Assembly: GCA_000091205.1 (NCBI GenBank)
Contig: AP006501.2
Reading direction: 5' to 3' (one strand)
Length of the DNA: 64,000 nt
From: Cyanidioschyzon merolae
Lineage: Eukaryota
Below are positions 9,733-20,939 of the stretch, in pieces; position 1 is the stretch's first letter, and every line of letters starts with the position of its first letter. A program made the position numbers and the translations under genes. A model generated the notes under the pieces. It was not told where the DNA came from. It saw nothing but the letters and a program-made list of their open reading frames with translations, and ran no database searches.

Positions 9733-11832
9733 CTACATGCAGCGATTGGCGGTGCTCCAAAGTCGAACGGTACCGTCATCACTCGCAGACGCAAAGAGCG
9801 CGAGATCCGTTGGACTCCACGCAACCGCATTCACTGTCCCAGTATGGCCTGCAAGTCGAGCACAGAGCTGACCCGAACGTCGTTTCCAGATGTATACGTG
9901 GGCATCTTCGCTGCCGCTCAGCACGAAGCATTCGCGAAAACCACCGAAACAGCTTCGGATCACAAAGCGACCCTGTTGATGCCCAATATAACGCTGAACT
10001 AGAGCGTTATGTTCAAAATCCCATTCGTGGATCTCAGGTCGCGGGCAACCGTCGCCGGAGGTGCTCACAAGCACGACCGGAATCGACTTTAATCGGGAAA
10101 CGCAGAGTGCTGTCATATTCTCGGACTCTTCGATGCAGGGACCTAGAGCGGTTGCCCCATCAGCATCATAGCGACAGATGCACCGGGCGGTGCAGATTCC
10201 CACGATCTCGTTGTAAAAGTAGTTCACCGCGATGTCGTTAAAGATGCGTCCATGAAAGGCGAGTACAACATGCGCTCGAACGCGGTCCATGCCGAGCGTC
10301 GTGCGCTCTCGCAACCCGTCGACGCGCCAGACGTAGAGATTGGAGTCTGTCAGGCTGGTAACGAAGCGCTCGCCGTCATGAAGCCAGGCACATGCAGTAA
10401 TCGCCTGGGTTTGTCTTTCACTTGCGAAACGACATCGACCGGTCCGCGTTTCCCACAGGCGCAAAACATGATCACCCGCTGCCGATAGGATCATCTCGTC
10501 GTCCGGCGACCAGGATACGGCACATATCGCGTCGCTGTGGCCGTCGAGCACCAGACAACCGGCGTGTTCGAACGCATCCGACCCGTTTGCCGATGATGCA
10601 TCATCGGTGGCGGGCTCGACACCATTGGAGAGAGCACGAACATCGGCAGCGGCCAGGTCAGCACGATGCTCGACGATCTGCTCATTGGATTGGCTGAGTC
10701 GCGCAACATCCCAAACGACAATAAGGCCGTCTTTGCCGGCGGAGAGGAGCCAACGACCACTGTGGGAAAACTGGACAAGCCAGACTTCATCCCGGTGCGC
10801 CTTGAGAATGCGCCATGTCTCGCTCGGTATGGCCATCGGTTGAAATACAAGATCCTCCAGTAACGAGGGACGCTCCTGATAGGTATATGGAAAACAAGCC
10901 TGCTGCAAATTCTCTCGCAGTGCTCGTCGCAAAAGCGTCTCCAATCGCCACTTTTCAATCGTTTTTTCCTTGCGGATGTACGGCTGCAGCTTGTGGAAGA
11001 GTTGCTCGCGCATGCAACGCCGCAACTCCACTCCATCCGTCGCTCCAAGTGGTACAGTCTTGGTCGTCTCTGGAACATCCTCGCCCTGTAGCACGGAGCG
11101 TAGAGACTCGCGGATCGCCTTGGAAAGTGAGCCCCTCGCATGTGAGACACGCAGCACAGCGATGGTGAGACGGTGCAGGCGCCAGGCCTCCTGCTGCGCT
11201 ACGGCGTTCGGCGATAGCTCCCGACACAGGCAGTCAACAGCGGCTTGCTGGAGCGCTTCCAGGCGCTGGCAACGCAGCACCCGCGCTGGTGCCGCTTCAT
11301 CGCCCTCTTCGACTTGCCCTAGAAGTTCCAGTAAAATTTCATACAGTTTTTGGGTATAAATGAGGAAGCGAGCCTCATCCACGAGCCTTGAAGCCTCAGG
11401 GGAAAGCGCTTCTTCTGGTGTTTCCGCAGCGGCCTGCTCTTTTTGGTAAGTTGTCCGACCAACCAGTCCAGGGAGGAGTTCTGCTGCTTGTTCCCACTCA
11501 CCGGAGAGCAGCAGTGTTTTCAAGCGACGCACGTCTGGTGAGCGTGCGAGAATACCTGCCTCGCGTTCGAGTGCCTGCGCTGTGCGGTGGTAGCCAAGGT
11601 CCTCCAGTTCCTGGAGCATAAGTCGCGTTATCTCTCTGCGATCGAGTTCCATGTCAGCGGGGTCACTCCAGCGCTGGCTGAGGCTCGCTGCCCTGCGTGT
11701 TACTGTACCCGCACTGTCGTGAAGCTCTTCTCTCGGTTCGTTCCGTCCGTTGCTACCTACTTCCGTGCCTGACCGCACATCTATCTCCATCAACTGGTCA
11801 GGAATTGGCGCTGCAGTGTGCGTGTCCGTCAT
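9733..11832 (-). CDS. LisH/CTLH/WD40-repeat protein, WDR26/GID7-like.
   Basis: 699-aa ORF. The N-terminal LisH (EITRLMLQELEDLGYHRTAQALEREAGI) and CTLH regions are followed by several WD40 repeats (…GHSDAICAVSWSPDDEMILSAAGDHVLRLWE…, …GHTGTVNAVAWSPTDLALFASASDDGTVRLWS). Confidence 0.8.
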   Translation of the reverse strand: MTDTHTAAPIPDQLMEIDVRSGTEVGSNGRNEPREELHDSAGTVTRRAASLSQRWSDPADMELDRREITRLMLQELEDLGYHRTAQALEREAGILARSPDVRRLKTLLLSGEWEQAAELLPGLVGRTTYQKEQAAAETPEEALSPEASRLVDEARFLIYTQKLYEILLELLGQVEEGDEAAPARVLRCQRLEALQQAAVDCLCRELSPNAVAQQEAWRLHRLTIAVLRVSHARGSLSKAIRESLRSVLQGEDVPETTKTVPLGATDGVELRRCMREQLFHKLQPYIRKEKTIEKWRLETLLRRALRENLQQACFPYTYQERPSLLEDLVFQPMAIPSETWRILKAHRDEVWLVQFSHSGRWLLSAGKDGLIVVWDVARLSQSNEQIVEHRADLAAADVRALSNGVEPATDDASSANGSDAFEHAGCLVLDGHSDAICAVSWSPDDEMILSAAGDHVLRLWETRTGRCRFASERQTQAITACAWLHDGERFVTSLTDSNLYVWRVDGLRERTTLGMDRVRAHVVLAFHGRIFNDIAVNYFYNEIVGICTARCICRYDADGATALGPCIEESENMTALCVSRLKSIPVVLVSTSGDGCPRPEIHEWDFEHNALVQRYIGHQQGRFVIRSCFGGFRECFVLSGSEDAHVYIWKRRSGQLCARLAGHTGTVNAVAWSPTDLALFASASDDGTVRLWSTANRCM

Positions 11833-13864
11833 TTCACGTTCAAGGTGCTAGGCAGCAATATAACGCCCGACTCGAACGTCGTGTCGCCGTCCAAAAGAAA
11901 GAAAGCGCCGCACTTGGGAACGTCCACGACCTGCACCGAACAGCGCTTGTGAGCGGAACGGTCTACTGGACATCTCGCGGCCGTTGCTGCGAGGTTGTAT
12001 GGTACGAGTGCTGCCGCGGTTTGCGAAGAAACTCGGAGATGGAGACGGGTGCCATGGGTTTTGTCGGTTCCTGCTTATGAACGCGTCGAGCTGAGCTTGG
12101 ACGCTGTAGTAAAGTTATGGAGGAGCGTTCAAGCGGTCTGCGGGGAAAACTGGTGATCGGCAGGTGCATCGCCTACGGCTCGTCTGGGCTTGTCTATGAA
12201 AGCGTCGACTTGAGTTTCGACGCTTCGATCACGCGCCGTGAACCGTTGTCAAGTGCACTCGTCTTGCAAGCTGCATACGACTAGGCATGTTTACACATTT
12301 TATACCGCAATCGCTGTACTGGCGTCCCGAAACACTCACTTGCAGATGTTTCTCTTGGAAAACGAGCTCGAAAACTCCTCGTGAGCTCGATGAGCGATAA
12401 AGCTCGGCTGCGGGCTCCGTTCAAAGGCTGCCACGGTCCAGCTCGGTGCAGTGGTCGCGGTGCTGCCTGTCCTTAGGGCGCTCAAACCGTTCCGAGCGGC
12501 TAAAGAGCCGGCTCGCTGAAAAAGCATCAGGTAGTGTCACTGTATTCGCGACTCGGTGGCTGAGTTCTTGTGCGATGTGTCGAGCGAGAGAATCGGAGAA
12601 CGTCTGCCGGTTTCGTCCGTCAGGGAGGTTTTGGTTACCGGGGCAGGTCGCTGCAGTGCCGACTGCTGAAACGCGGCCTTTGCATGCCCATAACAAAGTC
12701 CAAACTTTCTGTGAGCCAGTACGCATCTTTGTCCTTCTACGCATCGGCGATTGATTCGGATATTGTCGTTTACTGAAACGGTTCAATGCCAGCAGCTATT
12801 CGGATTTCATCCTGGACAGCACCGAAACTCGACCTGCATCACATGCTCTGAGACTTTCAGAGCGTGCGCTCGATGCGGAGCATGAACCTGTGGAGCCGCT
12901 CCACCGCTGTCGAGTGCGGCAGCATGCGCGCGTTCATGATGCACCCGGCTTTTTTGCCCCGTGACGAGCTCTTTTTTTAGATGGGCTATGAGGCGCCACC
13001 GTGGACAAGTCGCAGCATACCACGCCTCGGGAGACGCATCGTCAACTGCTTGCTCCGGAGAGCGGCTCATCGTGACCGTCCTGCAATCGCACGGTTCCGG
13101 TATTCATGAGCCAACGTACGCGACTTGACGTGATGTAGGGCGCTTGACCCTAACCAGGCAATTCTGGAGACGCGAACGCTACGAGCAATCAGGGAAGAGA
13201 CCATCACGACTCAACGAAAGATTTCACGTTCCGCGAAGCGTAGGATCATATCCTAACGCCGCGATGGCTGGCGCTCTCAAGGACATCGTTTGCTCGCATG
13301 CCTCCTTGCCATTACGGACAGGCGGACTGGAAGCCTATCGGTTTTGTCTGCAAAATCGTTTAGAATTCGGGTTTCGTGCTGAGCTGAACAAGGCTACACG
13401 CTTGGATGGTCTATGCGATATCCTGAAACGACTTGTGCAGTCATCATCCCGTAGAGTTCAAGTAAACATCGGCACCGCCACGTGATAAACCGCCGCACTT
13501 GTCCTGTATGTGCCTCCGCGCCAATCTTGCGCTAAAAAGCTTCATGTACAGCACTGCAACTTCATATTTGCTCCGAGAGCTTTCATAATCCACCGTGCTC
13601 TCTACGCGAACACCCCCTCATCTCGGTACATGCGCCTTGGCTCTACAGCACACTCTTTCTCACAAAGGTTTGCCGATCTTCGCAACAAATACAATGCAAG
13701 TTGTTCCCGCTGTTCGGGATCCTTGTTACCCAGCGCAGCTGCGAGCCTCAAACGCCGACGCTTATGAGCGCTGGACAAGTTGCCGTCGCGGCACAGTCGT
13801 ATATGCTGTGCTCCGCGCGCGCGCACTAACGCAACCTCCCTCGTCGAGCCGGAGCCCACAAAAG

Positions 13865-16792
13865 TCAACCACGCGAGTCCAAATCCCAGGCAGGTGAAGG
13901 CATCGGTTCCGCTTCGCTGCCGTTCGTGAAACTTACCTGCGCAATACGATCTCCAGTATCGAGTCGCTGTACGTAAACACCGGTAGCCCAGCGACCCTGA
14001 ATGGGGATGCTATCGCACGGTACGCGCACCACAGTACCCCGCTCAGTGATAAGAATAATCTCTGAGTCCGGTTCTACGCAACGCAGGCAGAGCAAACGAT
14101 CCTCCGTATCCATCTTGAAGCTGGTCGCACGCTTACCCCCGCCGCCTCGCCTCTGAATACGAAACGCATCCACATGGAGGCGTTTTCCGTAACCCTGTTC
14201 GGTAATCGCCACCAGGTAGCGCTCCGAGGTGGTGACGTCTGCACAGCCGTCGACCACATCCATATCGGCTATCGCGTCGTTCTTCCGCAGCCGCATGGAA
14301 CGCACACCCTGGGTTCGGCGTCCCGTCGACCTAAGCTGCGCTTCCGAGAGCGAGAAACGAACCGCAAGACCAGTTGTCGATGATATGATCACCGAGTCGT
14401 CGTTACCGCAGAGACGTACCCAGCGCACCGTGTCGGTATCACGCACATTCATGACAATCAGACCCCTGGCGTTCATGTTCGCAAATGCGGAGAGCGGCGT
14501 CTTTTTCAGCCAGCCCTGCTGTGTGAGTAGAAGCAGATAGCGATCCGGGGTAAAGGCGGATATGGGTACCAGCGCCGCGAGACTTGTCTCTGCATTGCCG
14601 ATGCTCGCATCGAAAACCGGTAACAGAGCGCTCAGCGGTGCACCGCGAGCTACGCGCGACGCCTGTGGTATCTGGAACGCTCGAATCGCATAGGCAGTGC
14701 CTCGTTGGGAGATCGCCAAGATGGTATCGTGATCGCGGCAGGAGAAGAAGTGAGCGACTTGGTCGTCTTCGCGAATACGCGCCGCAGCCTTGCCCCGAGT
14801 ACCGCGCCGCTGCGCTTCGAATTCGCGCATCGCCATTCGCTTCACGTAGCCTTGTTTGGTGGCGATGATCACCGATTCCTCATTGGGAACCAGGTCGATA
14901 TCGGAGAGTTCTGGCTCTTCGGGTGAAATCGCGGATCGACGTGGTCGTCCAAATTGTGACTGGATTTCCTGCAGCTCCCGAGTGATCATGGCCATAACGA
15001 GTTCACGTCTCGCGAGTGTATTCTCGAGCTCCGCGATTTGCGCCAGGAGCTCCTGATGCTCCTGATCGAGACGACCCATCTCTAGTTGGGTCAGGCGACG
15101 TAGCTGCATTCCCAAAATTGCATCTGCTTGGCGCTCGGAGAGTCCAAAGGCACCATCAGGGTCAACGAGTGCCCTGCGGGCGAAACTCACGTCGCGGGCG
15201 TTCCGCACGATGCGAATGACGGCGTCGATATCGCGGAGCGCAAGACGCAGGCCCTGCACGATGTGCTCTCGGTCTCGTGCCTTGTTCAGCTCAAAAGTGC
15301 AGCGTCTTTGAATCACCTGCACTCGATATTCGAGGAAGACTTCGAGCGCACGTCGTAGACTCAGTTTTTCAGGGCGTCGCCCTACCAACGCAAGCATGTT
15401 ACCATTGAAAGCCGCCTGCAGAGCAGTCTTCTTGAACAGCTGATTGAGCACAACGTTCTTATCTGCATCACGCTTCAGTTCAATGACGATGCGCATGCCG
15501 TCGCGGTCACTCTCATCCCGCAGATCCGCAATACCGTCCAGTTTCTTCTCGTTCACGAGTGTCGCCATTCGTTCCAAAAGTTGCGCTTTGTTCACCTGAT
15601 ACGGAAGCTCGTGGACAATAATTGCTTCACGCACGGGGCGGTTTTTCGCTCGAACCGTTTCGAACGAGGTACGCGCGCGCAAAATAATAGCTCCCTGGCC
15701 GGTTCGATGCAGGTCGCGGGAGCCGCGGAGACCCATGATAATACCACCGGTGGGAAAGTCCGGTGCGGGAATCAGCGCTTCTAGTTCCGCTTCCAGTAGT
15801 TTGGGATTCTTGATAAGGGCAATGAGCGCGCTCACGAGCTCGCGCAGGTTATGTGGCGGAATGTTCGTAGCCATCCCGACGGCGATCCCTGAGGCGCCGT
15901 TCAAAAGTAGCTGTGGCAGGCGTGCGGGTAGCACCACGGGTTCCTGGTCCGAGGCATCAAAGTTTGGCACCATATCGACCGTGTCTTGGTCAATGTCCGC
16001 GAGAAGGACGCGTTTGCTGAGCGAGGTCAGGCGACACTCGGTATAGCGCATGGCAGCTGCCTTGTCGCCATCGACAGAGCCCAGATTCCCTTGGCCATCC
16101 ACCAGGGGCTCCAGCATCGAGAAGGGCTGAGCCATGCGTACCAGTGCATCGTAGACCGCGCTGTCGCCATGCGGATGATATTTTCCCAACACTTCACCGA
16201 CCACGCGAGCACACTTGCGATACGGGCCGTCCGGATCCAAGCGCAGTTGATTCATTGCGTAGAGAATGCGGCGATGAACGGGTTTCAGCCCATCACGCGC
16301 GTCGGGAAGCGCCCTCGCGTGGATCACGCTCAGAGCATATTCCAAGTACGATCTCGCAAGAACGCTACTCACCTCCGTGTTAATAATGCTTTCATGCGGG
16401 GAGGCTTCCAGAGTACCAGCTGAGCCTGCTTCCGAAGGCTCTTCGCCCGCCGCTGGTGCAAGTTGCGCCCGAAGCTGATACGCACTGGCGCCTAGCGAGC
16501 GGCTCGCTCGGCGCCGACAGCCACCGCTCCCGACGAATGAGGAAGCGCCTGATCGCGCCGGGATAGAGAACCAGCCTAGGGCTCTCGGCTGTCGCCCAAA
16601 AGGAGCGGAGACACGGCCTTGTCTGAGCGTCACACGACAAGTGATGCCGCGTTTGACGCTCAGGTCAGTTGTGGGCAAGGCGCCCAAGTTTCGTTGCTCC
16701 GGGCCAGCGAGCACCCCCACAAAGACCAAAGCGCAATACGAGCAACCATGTTTGTAAGAATCAAGTTCCTGCATTGCCAGTAAAACCTGCAA
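13865..16792 (-). CDS. gyrA: DNA gyrase subunit A, organelle-targeted type with an approximately 140-aa N-terminal extension.
   Basis: 975-aa ORF. Canonical GyrA N-terminal domain (…[35 protein letters not shown]…[22 protein letters not shown]…[11 protein letters not shown] with the active-site Tyr) and C-terminal beta-pinwheel repeats. The N-terminal extension is rich in S/R/A. Confidence 0.9.
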   Translation of the reverse strand: MQVLLAMQELDSYKHGCSYCALVFVGVLAGPEQRNLGALPTTDLSVKRGITCRVTLRQGRVSAPFGRQPRALGWFSIPARSGASSFVGSGGCRRRASRSLGASAYQLRAQLAPAAGEEPSEAGSAGTLEASPHESIINTEVSSVLARSYLEYALSVIHARALPDARDGLKPVHRRILYAMNQLRLDPDGPYRKCARVVGEVLGKYHPHGDSAVYDALVRMAQPFSMLEPLVDGQGNLGSVDGDKAAAMRYTECRLTSLSKRVLLADIDQDTVDMVPNFDASDQEPVVLPARLPQLLLNGASGIAVGMATNIPPHNLRELVSALIALIKNPKLLEAELEALIPAPDFPTGGIIMGLRGSRDLHRTGQGAIILRARTSFETVRAKNRPVREAIIVHELPYQVNKAQLLERMATLVNEKKLDGIADLRDESDRDGMRIVIELKRDADKNVVLNQLFKKTALQAAFNGNMLALVGRRPEKLSLRRALEVFLEYRVQVIQRRCTFELNKARDREHIVQGLRLALRDIDAVIRIVRNARDVSFARRALVDPDGAFGLSERQADAILGMQLRRLTQLEMGRLDQEHQELLAQIAELENTLARRELVMAMITRELQEIQSQFGRPRRSAISPEEPELSDIDLVPNEESVIIATKQGYVKRMAMREFEAQRRGTRGKAAARIREDDQVAHFFSCRDHDTILAISQRGTAYAIRAFQIPQASRVARGAPLSALLPVFDASIGNAETSLAALVPISAFTPDRYLLLLTQQGWLKKTPLSAFANMNARGLIVMNVRDTDTVRWVRLCGNDDSVIISSTTGLAVRFSLSEAQLRSTGRRTQGVRSMRLRKNDAIADMDVVDGCADVTTSERYLVAITEQGYGKRLHVDAFRIQRRGGGGKRATSFKMDTEDRLLCLRCVEPDSEIILITERGTVVRVPCDSIPIQGRWATGVYVQRLDTGDRIAQVSFTNGSEAEPMPSPAWDLDSRG

Positions 16793-17939
16793 GGAAATAT
16801 ATAGGGCAGCTCCGAGTTATAAACCCCGCAACGAGCGCGCTATGGCTTGAAAGTCCTCGCGCCGCGGTGTCCAGTGAACGGCGCTGGTGCGACACCAACG
16901 CTCTCGCAGAGCAGTTATCTCCCAAACATAGTCTTTGAACAAGTAAATCACCTACTGGTGGTCAATGCAGGCGCTGGGTCACAGAATGCACGGACTGGAG
17001 CTTTGAACAAATTAGTTGCAGGAGTTGAAGCACTGGTGTTTGCAGCGTTTGGTGCAGACGCAGGCTCAGGGCCGAGTTTTCCGCGCTTCGTTGCGTACTA
17101 AGAACAGTAAACGCGTTGTACGCATGTATTCCGAAACTAGAGCACTCCGGACTATTTGGTTTGCACCCTGTGAAGATAACTTGTTGTGAGTGAGCAATAT
17201 GCCCACGAGTTAGCATATACAATATTTTCGATTCTTCAAGTTTTCACCGGCGAATACCAAGCGCGGTAGCTGCACCGGTTCGCTCCCAGGCCGAATAGAC
17301 TAGTCCGCGTCTGTTAGTTGTATGGAGCAGAACCTGAAACGAACCGGATTTCTCCCGAATCCACAGAAAATCCTACGTATCAATTCATGAACCCCATGTC
17401 GAGTGCTGTCTACTATTGAACTGCGCAACTGAGCTGGCACTGCCGGTATCGTTGGGCGGCTCACGCCACAGCGCCAGCAGACACCAGTCTCGCACAGGAC
17501 GCTTGTTGCAGGGCAAATATGCAGAAGGCTAGCACCCGTGCTCCGGTGCTGTGTGGGAAGCTCAGTCGCGTCGGCTTATGCGTTGAACTTGCGGAAGATG
17601 AAAATGGCACTTTTGACTCAGACATCCGAGCGAAACCTGCAAGGAATGGGATCTCGGAAACCCACGTACCTGTTTCGCTGCACCAACATGTCTATGCAGC
17701 AAGCAGCGCTTCAGCGATGCGCTCTGGTGGCGGCAGTCTGTATTTACGTCGACGCAGGATCGAACAACAGAAACCAGAGACTGGATATGACCCCAGGAGA
17801 GCCGCGTTCTACGCTCGTTCGGGCATTTCCGTGCAAACGATCAAAGCAGCGTCGTAGACTGCGTTGCATCAGTGTGAACGACCCGCGGCAGTGACGTGAA
17901 ATGCTCAAGCCGTTTGCATCCTGGTCCCATACAAATGCA

Positions 17940-19200
17940 TGGTGTGCGCGAAACCCCACGTAACATGAACGTGGAACGCTGAACCGCTTGCAACGTTGCT
18001 GGCATTCGATATTTTCCGAACTTTTCCGAAGATATGCAACCTGAAGATTCGAATTGCATGAATGAAGGCTGGCGGATCCGTATGTAGTTTCAGGATTGTG
18101 GGTCATGTCCAGGGAGTGGCTCCCGCGATTTCTCGGCACTGGAATTCGATACGTCACCGTCATCAAGATGATTTTTCGTGGCGCGCTCGAACAAGGGCTC
18201 CTAAAAGAATCGCTATCAGCATCGAGGGCACGCGCAAAAGCCTCTGCTCGTCCATTTCCGTACTCGTAATAGGTTCAAATCACGCATTCTTCAAGGTTTC
18301 GATCTTTGTGTTGCAGGGCGCCTGTTGAGTGCAGCGATTCGCACCACTCAATTGACGACGATGAAGAACATTCCACGTGATCCATTGACGATGTTTTCAT
18401 GCGCTCACGCCGAAACCTCGCTGACCGCCTCTCGGCATATCATCGATTCTGTTCGCTAGATCAACCATCATCTGTTCCGTGTCATCGATGAAATGGCACT
18501 GGGCTGCAGCATGATGCTTTTTGCGGGAGTTGCTCCCAGACGTTCAAATCTCTTCTATTCCTTTTACACGGAAATGGGTCTTGGACTAGGAGTTCAGTTA
18601 CGGTAGCGATCGTTGCCACTGCAGTGTGCGTCATCATGTCGCATAAAGGGAACGGAGACAATTGAAGACTTCTCGGTGCGTTCTCTAATCAGGCGTTCCC
18701 CTCCGGTACCCGTATCACCATGGAAAACATCGCGTTCAAGATCTCCTCTGTCGAATGGAATAGCATGTGCTTGCATATGCAGTCGATAGCGTACTCACCG
18801 AGGGTATCGCGCAGACGCAGCCCGTGATCGATGTTACGTCAACGGGCGCGAACATGGAGCAGAGCACCCTGATGAGCTGCATGGAACCCCAGGGGGCACG
18901 TATCAAACGATGAAGCAAGCCTTCTCGTTCCAAGGGGCGGCTATCGGGGAAGCATTTATAATGGATATACGGAAACACCTGATCATTGCCAAGTGTCGTC
19001 CCGGTGAAGCGCGCAGAAAGGCGGTATGTAAAAAATGAGAATAGAAAGCGATGCGCAGATCGCAGCGTTCGCTTTTAGCATAAAATACGTCGACAACTGC
19101 CGAGAGAAACAATGTAGAGACTTTCAGGCTGCCATCAGCACACTTCGACTGCTGACAATCAAGCTGAAGGGAAAGGAAAACCAAGCAGTCGCAGAAACGG
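17940..19200 (+). repeat. Dispersed approximately 1.3-kb repeat, copy R1.
   Basis: Aligns over about 1.26 kb with 20940-22200 at a constant offset of about 3.0 kb and about 70-75% identity. Conserved blocks include CGAT(A/T)TTTTCCGAACTTTT, ATGGAAAACATCGCGTTC…CGAATGGAA(T/C)AGC(A/G)TGTGC and ATGAAGCAAGCCTTCTCG. It is also homologous to the IR arms (33879-35252 and 36858-38234) and to 60870-61420. Confidence 0.6.
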
Positions 19201-19713
19201 CCCCTGGAGGCTGGTCAATACTCGTGTTGATGACAGTGAGAGTCATCCAAAACTTGAGCGTTTATGCCAGGGCCCGACGCCCTTTTTCCATTTCATTCTG
19301 ACATGGGTGCTGATGGAAGCAACCGAACGCATCAGCGTTCACCTCATGCCGGGGATGCCAGTCAAGCCCTATAGACACTGATCAACGGTACCGTTTTGCG
19401 GGGCAGCAGCAGCGGCAGCAAGTCCCTGTTTAACATTCGTGTCCAAATGCTTTGCGGACACGTGCCGTGCTGCTGCGAGTCGCGGCACTCGGTAACGGGT
19501 CGAAGACCTCGTACCCAGCGAATTGCCCGAAGCCTCCCGAATTCAAGAAGCGAAAAAGATTGCCACCGACTCTCCGAAACAGCAGCGCATCTGGTGCACG
19601 GAAGCAGCTCATGTAACAAGCGACAGCGTTCCAGCGCTAGACCCGGGGCCAATGGCAGTCTGGTTGCCTTTTGCAACATGCCTAGGATTTGTATTTGCCA
19701 TTTCGAGGTACTT

Positions 19714-20688
19714 TCATCGAGCAAGCATTTTCTCCAGTCTTCGTTGCCACTCCACAACCATATCAAAGGAAAGCGCGCCTCCGAAGATATCCAAAGCGGA
19801 ACCGATTGTGACATCTACTCGGCCGCAACCAACAAGTCGAACGCGTTCCAGGTCGGCTAGGTCTCGAACGCCACCCGCATACGTTGCCGGTACTGGGGAC
19901 CCGACAGCCAGCTCATGCACCAATGCTTCGTCGATACCGATTTGCTTGCCTTCAACGTCCACGGCATGTACTAAAAACTCTGCACAGTATTCGCTGAGCC
20001 ATTCCAGGAGCTGGCCACTTATTCGCAAGTCAGTTCGTCTTGTCCATCGATCCGTGTAAACGTAGTATGCGCTTTCGCTCCCCGAAATATGACTTCGGCA
20101 GCTGAGATCAAGAACCAGACGCTCTCTGCCAATACGGTGGGCTAGGCGAAGCAGTCGGGACTCATCCAGCCGACCATCCCGAAACACGTACGAAGTGACG
20201 ATCACATGGCTGGCACCGGCCTCCAAAAACCGTTCTGCATTCTCCTCCGTAATGCCACCTCCGAGCTGCATTCCCTGCGGATATGCGGCAAGAGCAGCAA
20301 GCGCAGCACGTTCCGATGCTTCGCGATCCCCTCCGAGGAGGATGATATGGCCTCCAGGCAGCGCATGCTCGCGGTACAGCGAGGCGTAGTAGGCCGCGGG
20401 TTGCGTCGCTTCGAAGTTCACCACTGACGCCCGGCTCCCGTCTGCTGATAGTGATGACCCGACTATCTGTTTAACCTTTCCGTTATGAATGTCAATGCAG
20501 GGTCGAAACCGTGTCACGCGTTCAGCAGTCGCACGAGCGGTCGGCGTCCCGGCTGTGAGCCTGGGTCGCGCTCGAACACGGGCAACTGGCGGGTGCCTGG
20601 CGCCCTCCGGGGATATTCCGGTGATTCGTCTCGTCAACGGCGGAGCGTGAATCCCCGAACTGGTGCTTGGAAAACAGAAGAGGAGCAT
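19714..20688 (-). CDS. hisA: ProFAR isomerase of histidine biosynthesis (HisA/HIS6-type), with an N-terminal extension.
   Basis: 324-aa ORF. FRPCIDIHNGKVKQIVGSSL… matches the eukaryotic HIS6/HisA N-terminal signature. It has a (beta/alpha)8-type glycine-rich C-terminal half (…VTIGSALDIFGG…). An approximately 60-aa S/T/R-rich presequence is present. Confidence 0.8.
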   Translation of the reverse strand: MLLFCFPSTSSGIHAPPLTRRITGISPEGARHPPVARVRARPRLTAGTPTARATAERVTRFRPCIDIHNGKVKQIVGSSLSADGSRASVVNFEATQPAAYYASLYREHALPGGHIILLGGDREASERAALAALAAYPQGMQLGGGITEENAERFLEAGASHVIVTSYVFRDGRLDESRLLRLAHRIGRERLVLDLSCRSHISGSESAYYVYTDRWTRRTDLRISGQLLEWLSEYCAEFLVHAVDVEGKQIGIDEALVHELAVGSPVPATYAGGVRDLADLERVRLVGCGRVDVTIGSALDIFGGALSFDMVVEWQRRLEKMLAR

Positions 20689-20939
20689 GAGAACGGCTCA
20701 GCAGGTGTAGGCTCATGCGCAGTGCTCGACGGCTGTCACAGGTACCTCGACGACTGGAGACTCAAGGGTTGTGTATGAAAGTCGTCCGGAGACACGAAAA
20801 CACGCGTTTCAAAAACTTTTCCCTGAGGTCCACCACGCTCCGCTCTTCACCACTGGGTTTCGGGAATGCGCCTCGCAGCTACGCCAGAGCAGTTCAAGCC
20901 TTGTGCACGCCAGACAGGCACAGGCGCGCTGCGTCTTCC

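Noticed and set aside
12100-12215. Two short GC-rich hairpins (GCGTCGAGCTGAGCTTGGACGC and GCGTCGACTTGAGTTTCGACGC, stem 7 bp) about 90 bp apart in the WDR26-GyrA intergenic region.
   Set aside because: They are too short and too isolated to call terminators or a repeat family without more copies. They are probably incidental.
14074-16423. Several 60-145-aa plus-strand ORFs overlapping the GyrA gene (for example 15986..16423 and 15735..16046).
   Set aside because: They are antisense to a strongly supported conserved CDS. They are spurious open frames expected in GC-rich coding DNA.
13865-16792. Possibility that bacterial-type gyrA indicates prokaryotic contamination or a chimera.
   Set aside because: It has the same GC content as its surroundings and a long eukaryote-style N-terminal presequence. 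It is flanked within a few kb by unmistakably eukaryotic genes (WDR26-like, HisA/HIS6-type, DDX1). The organellar gyrase explanation is standard.
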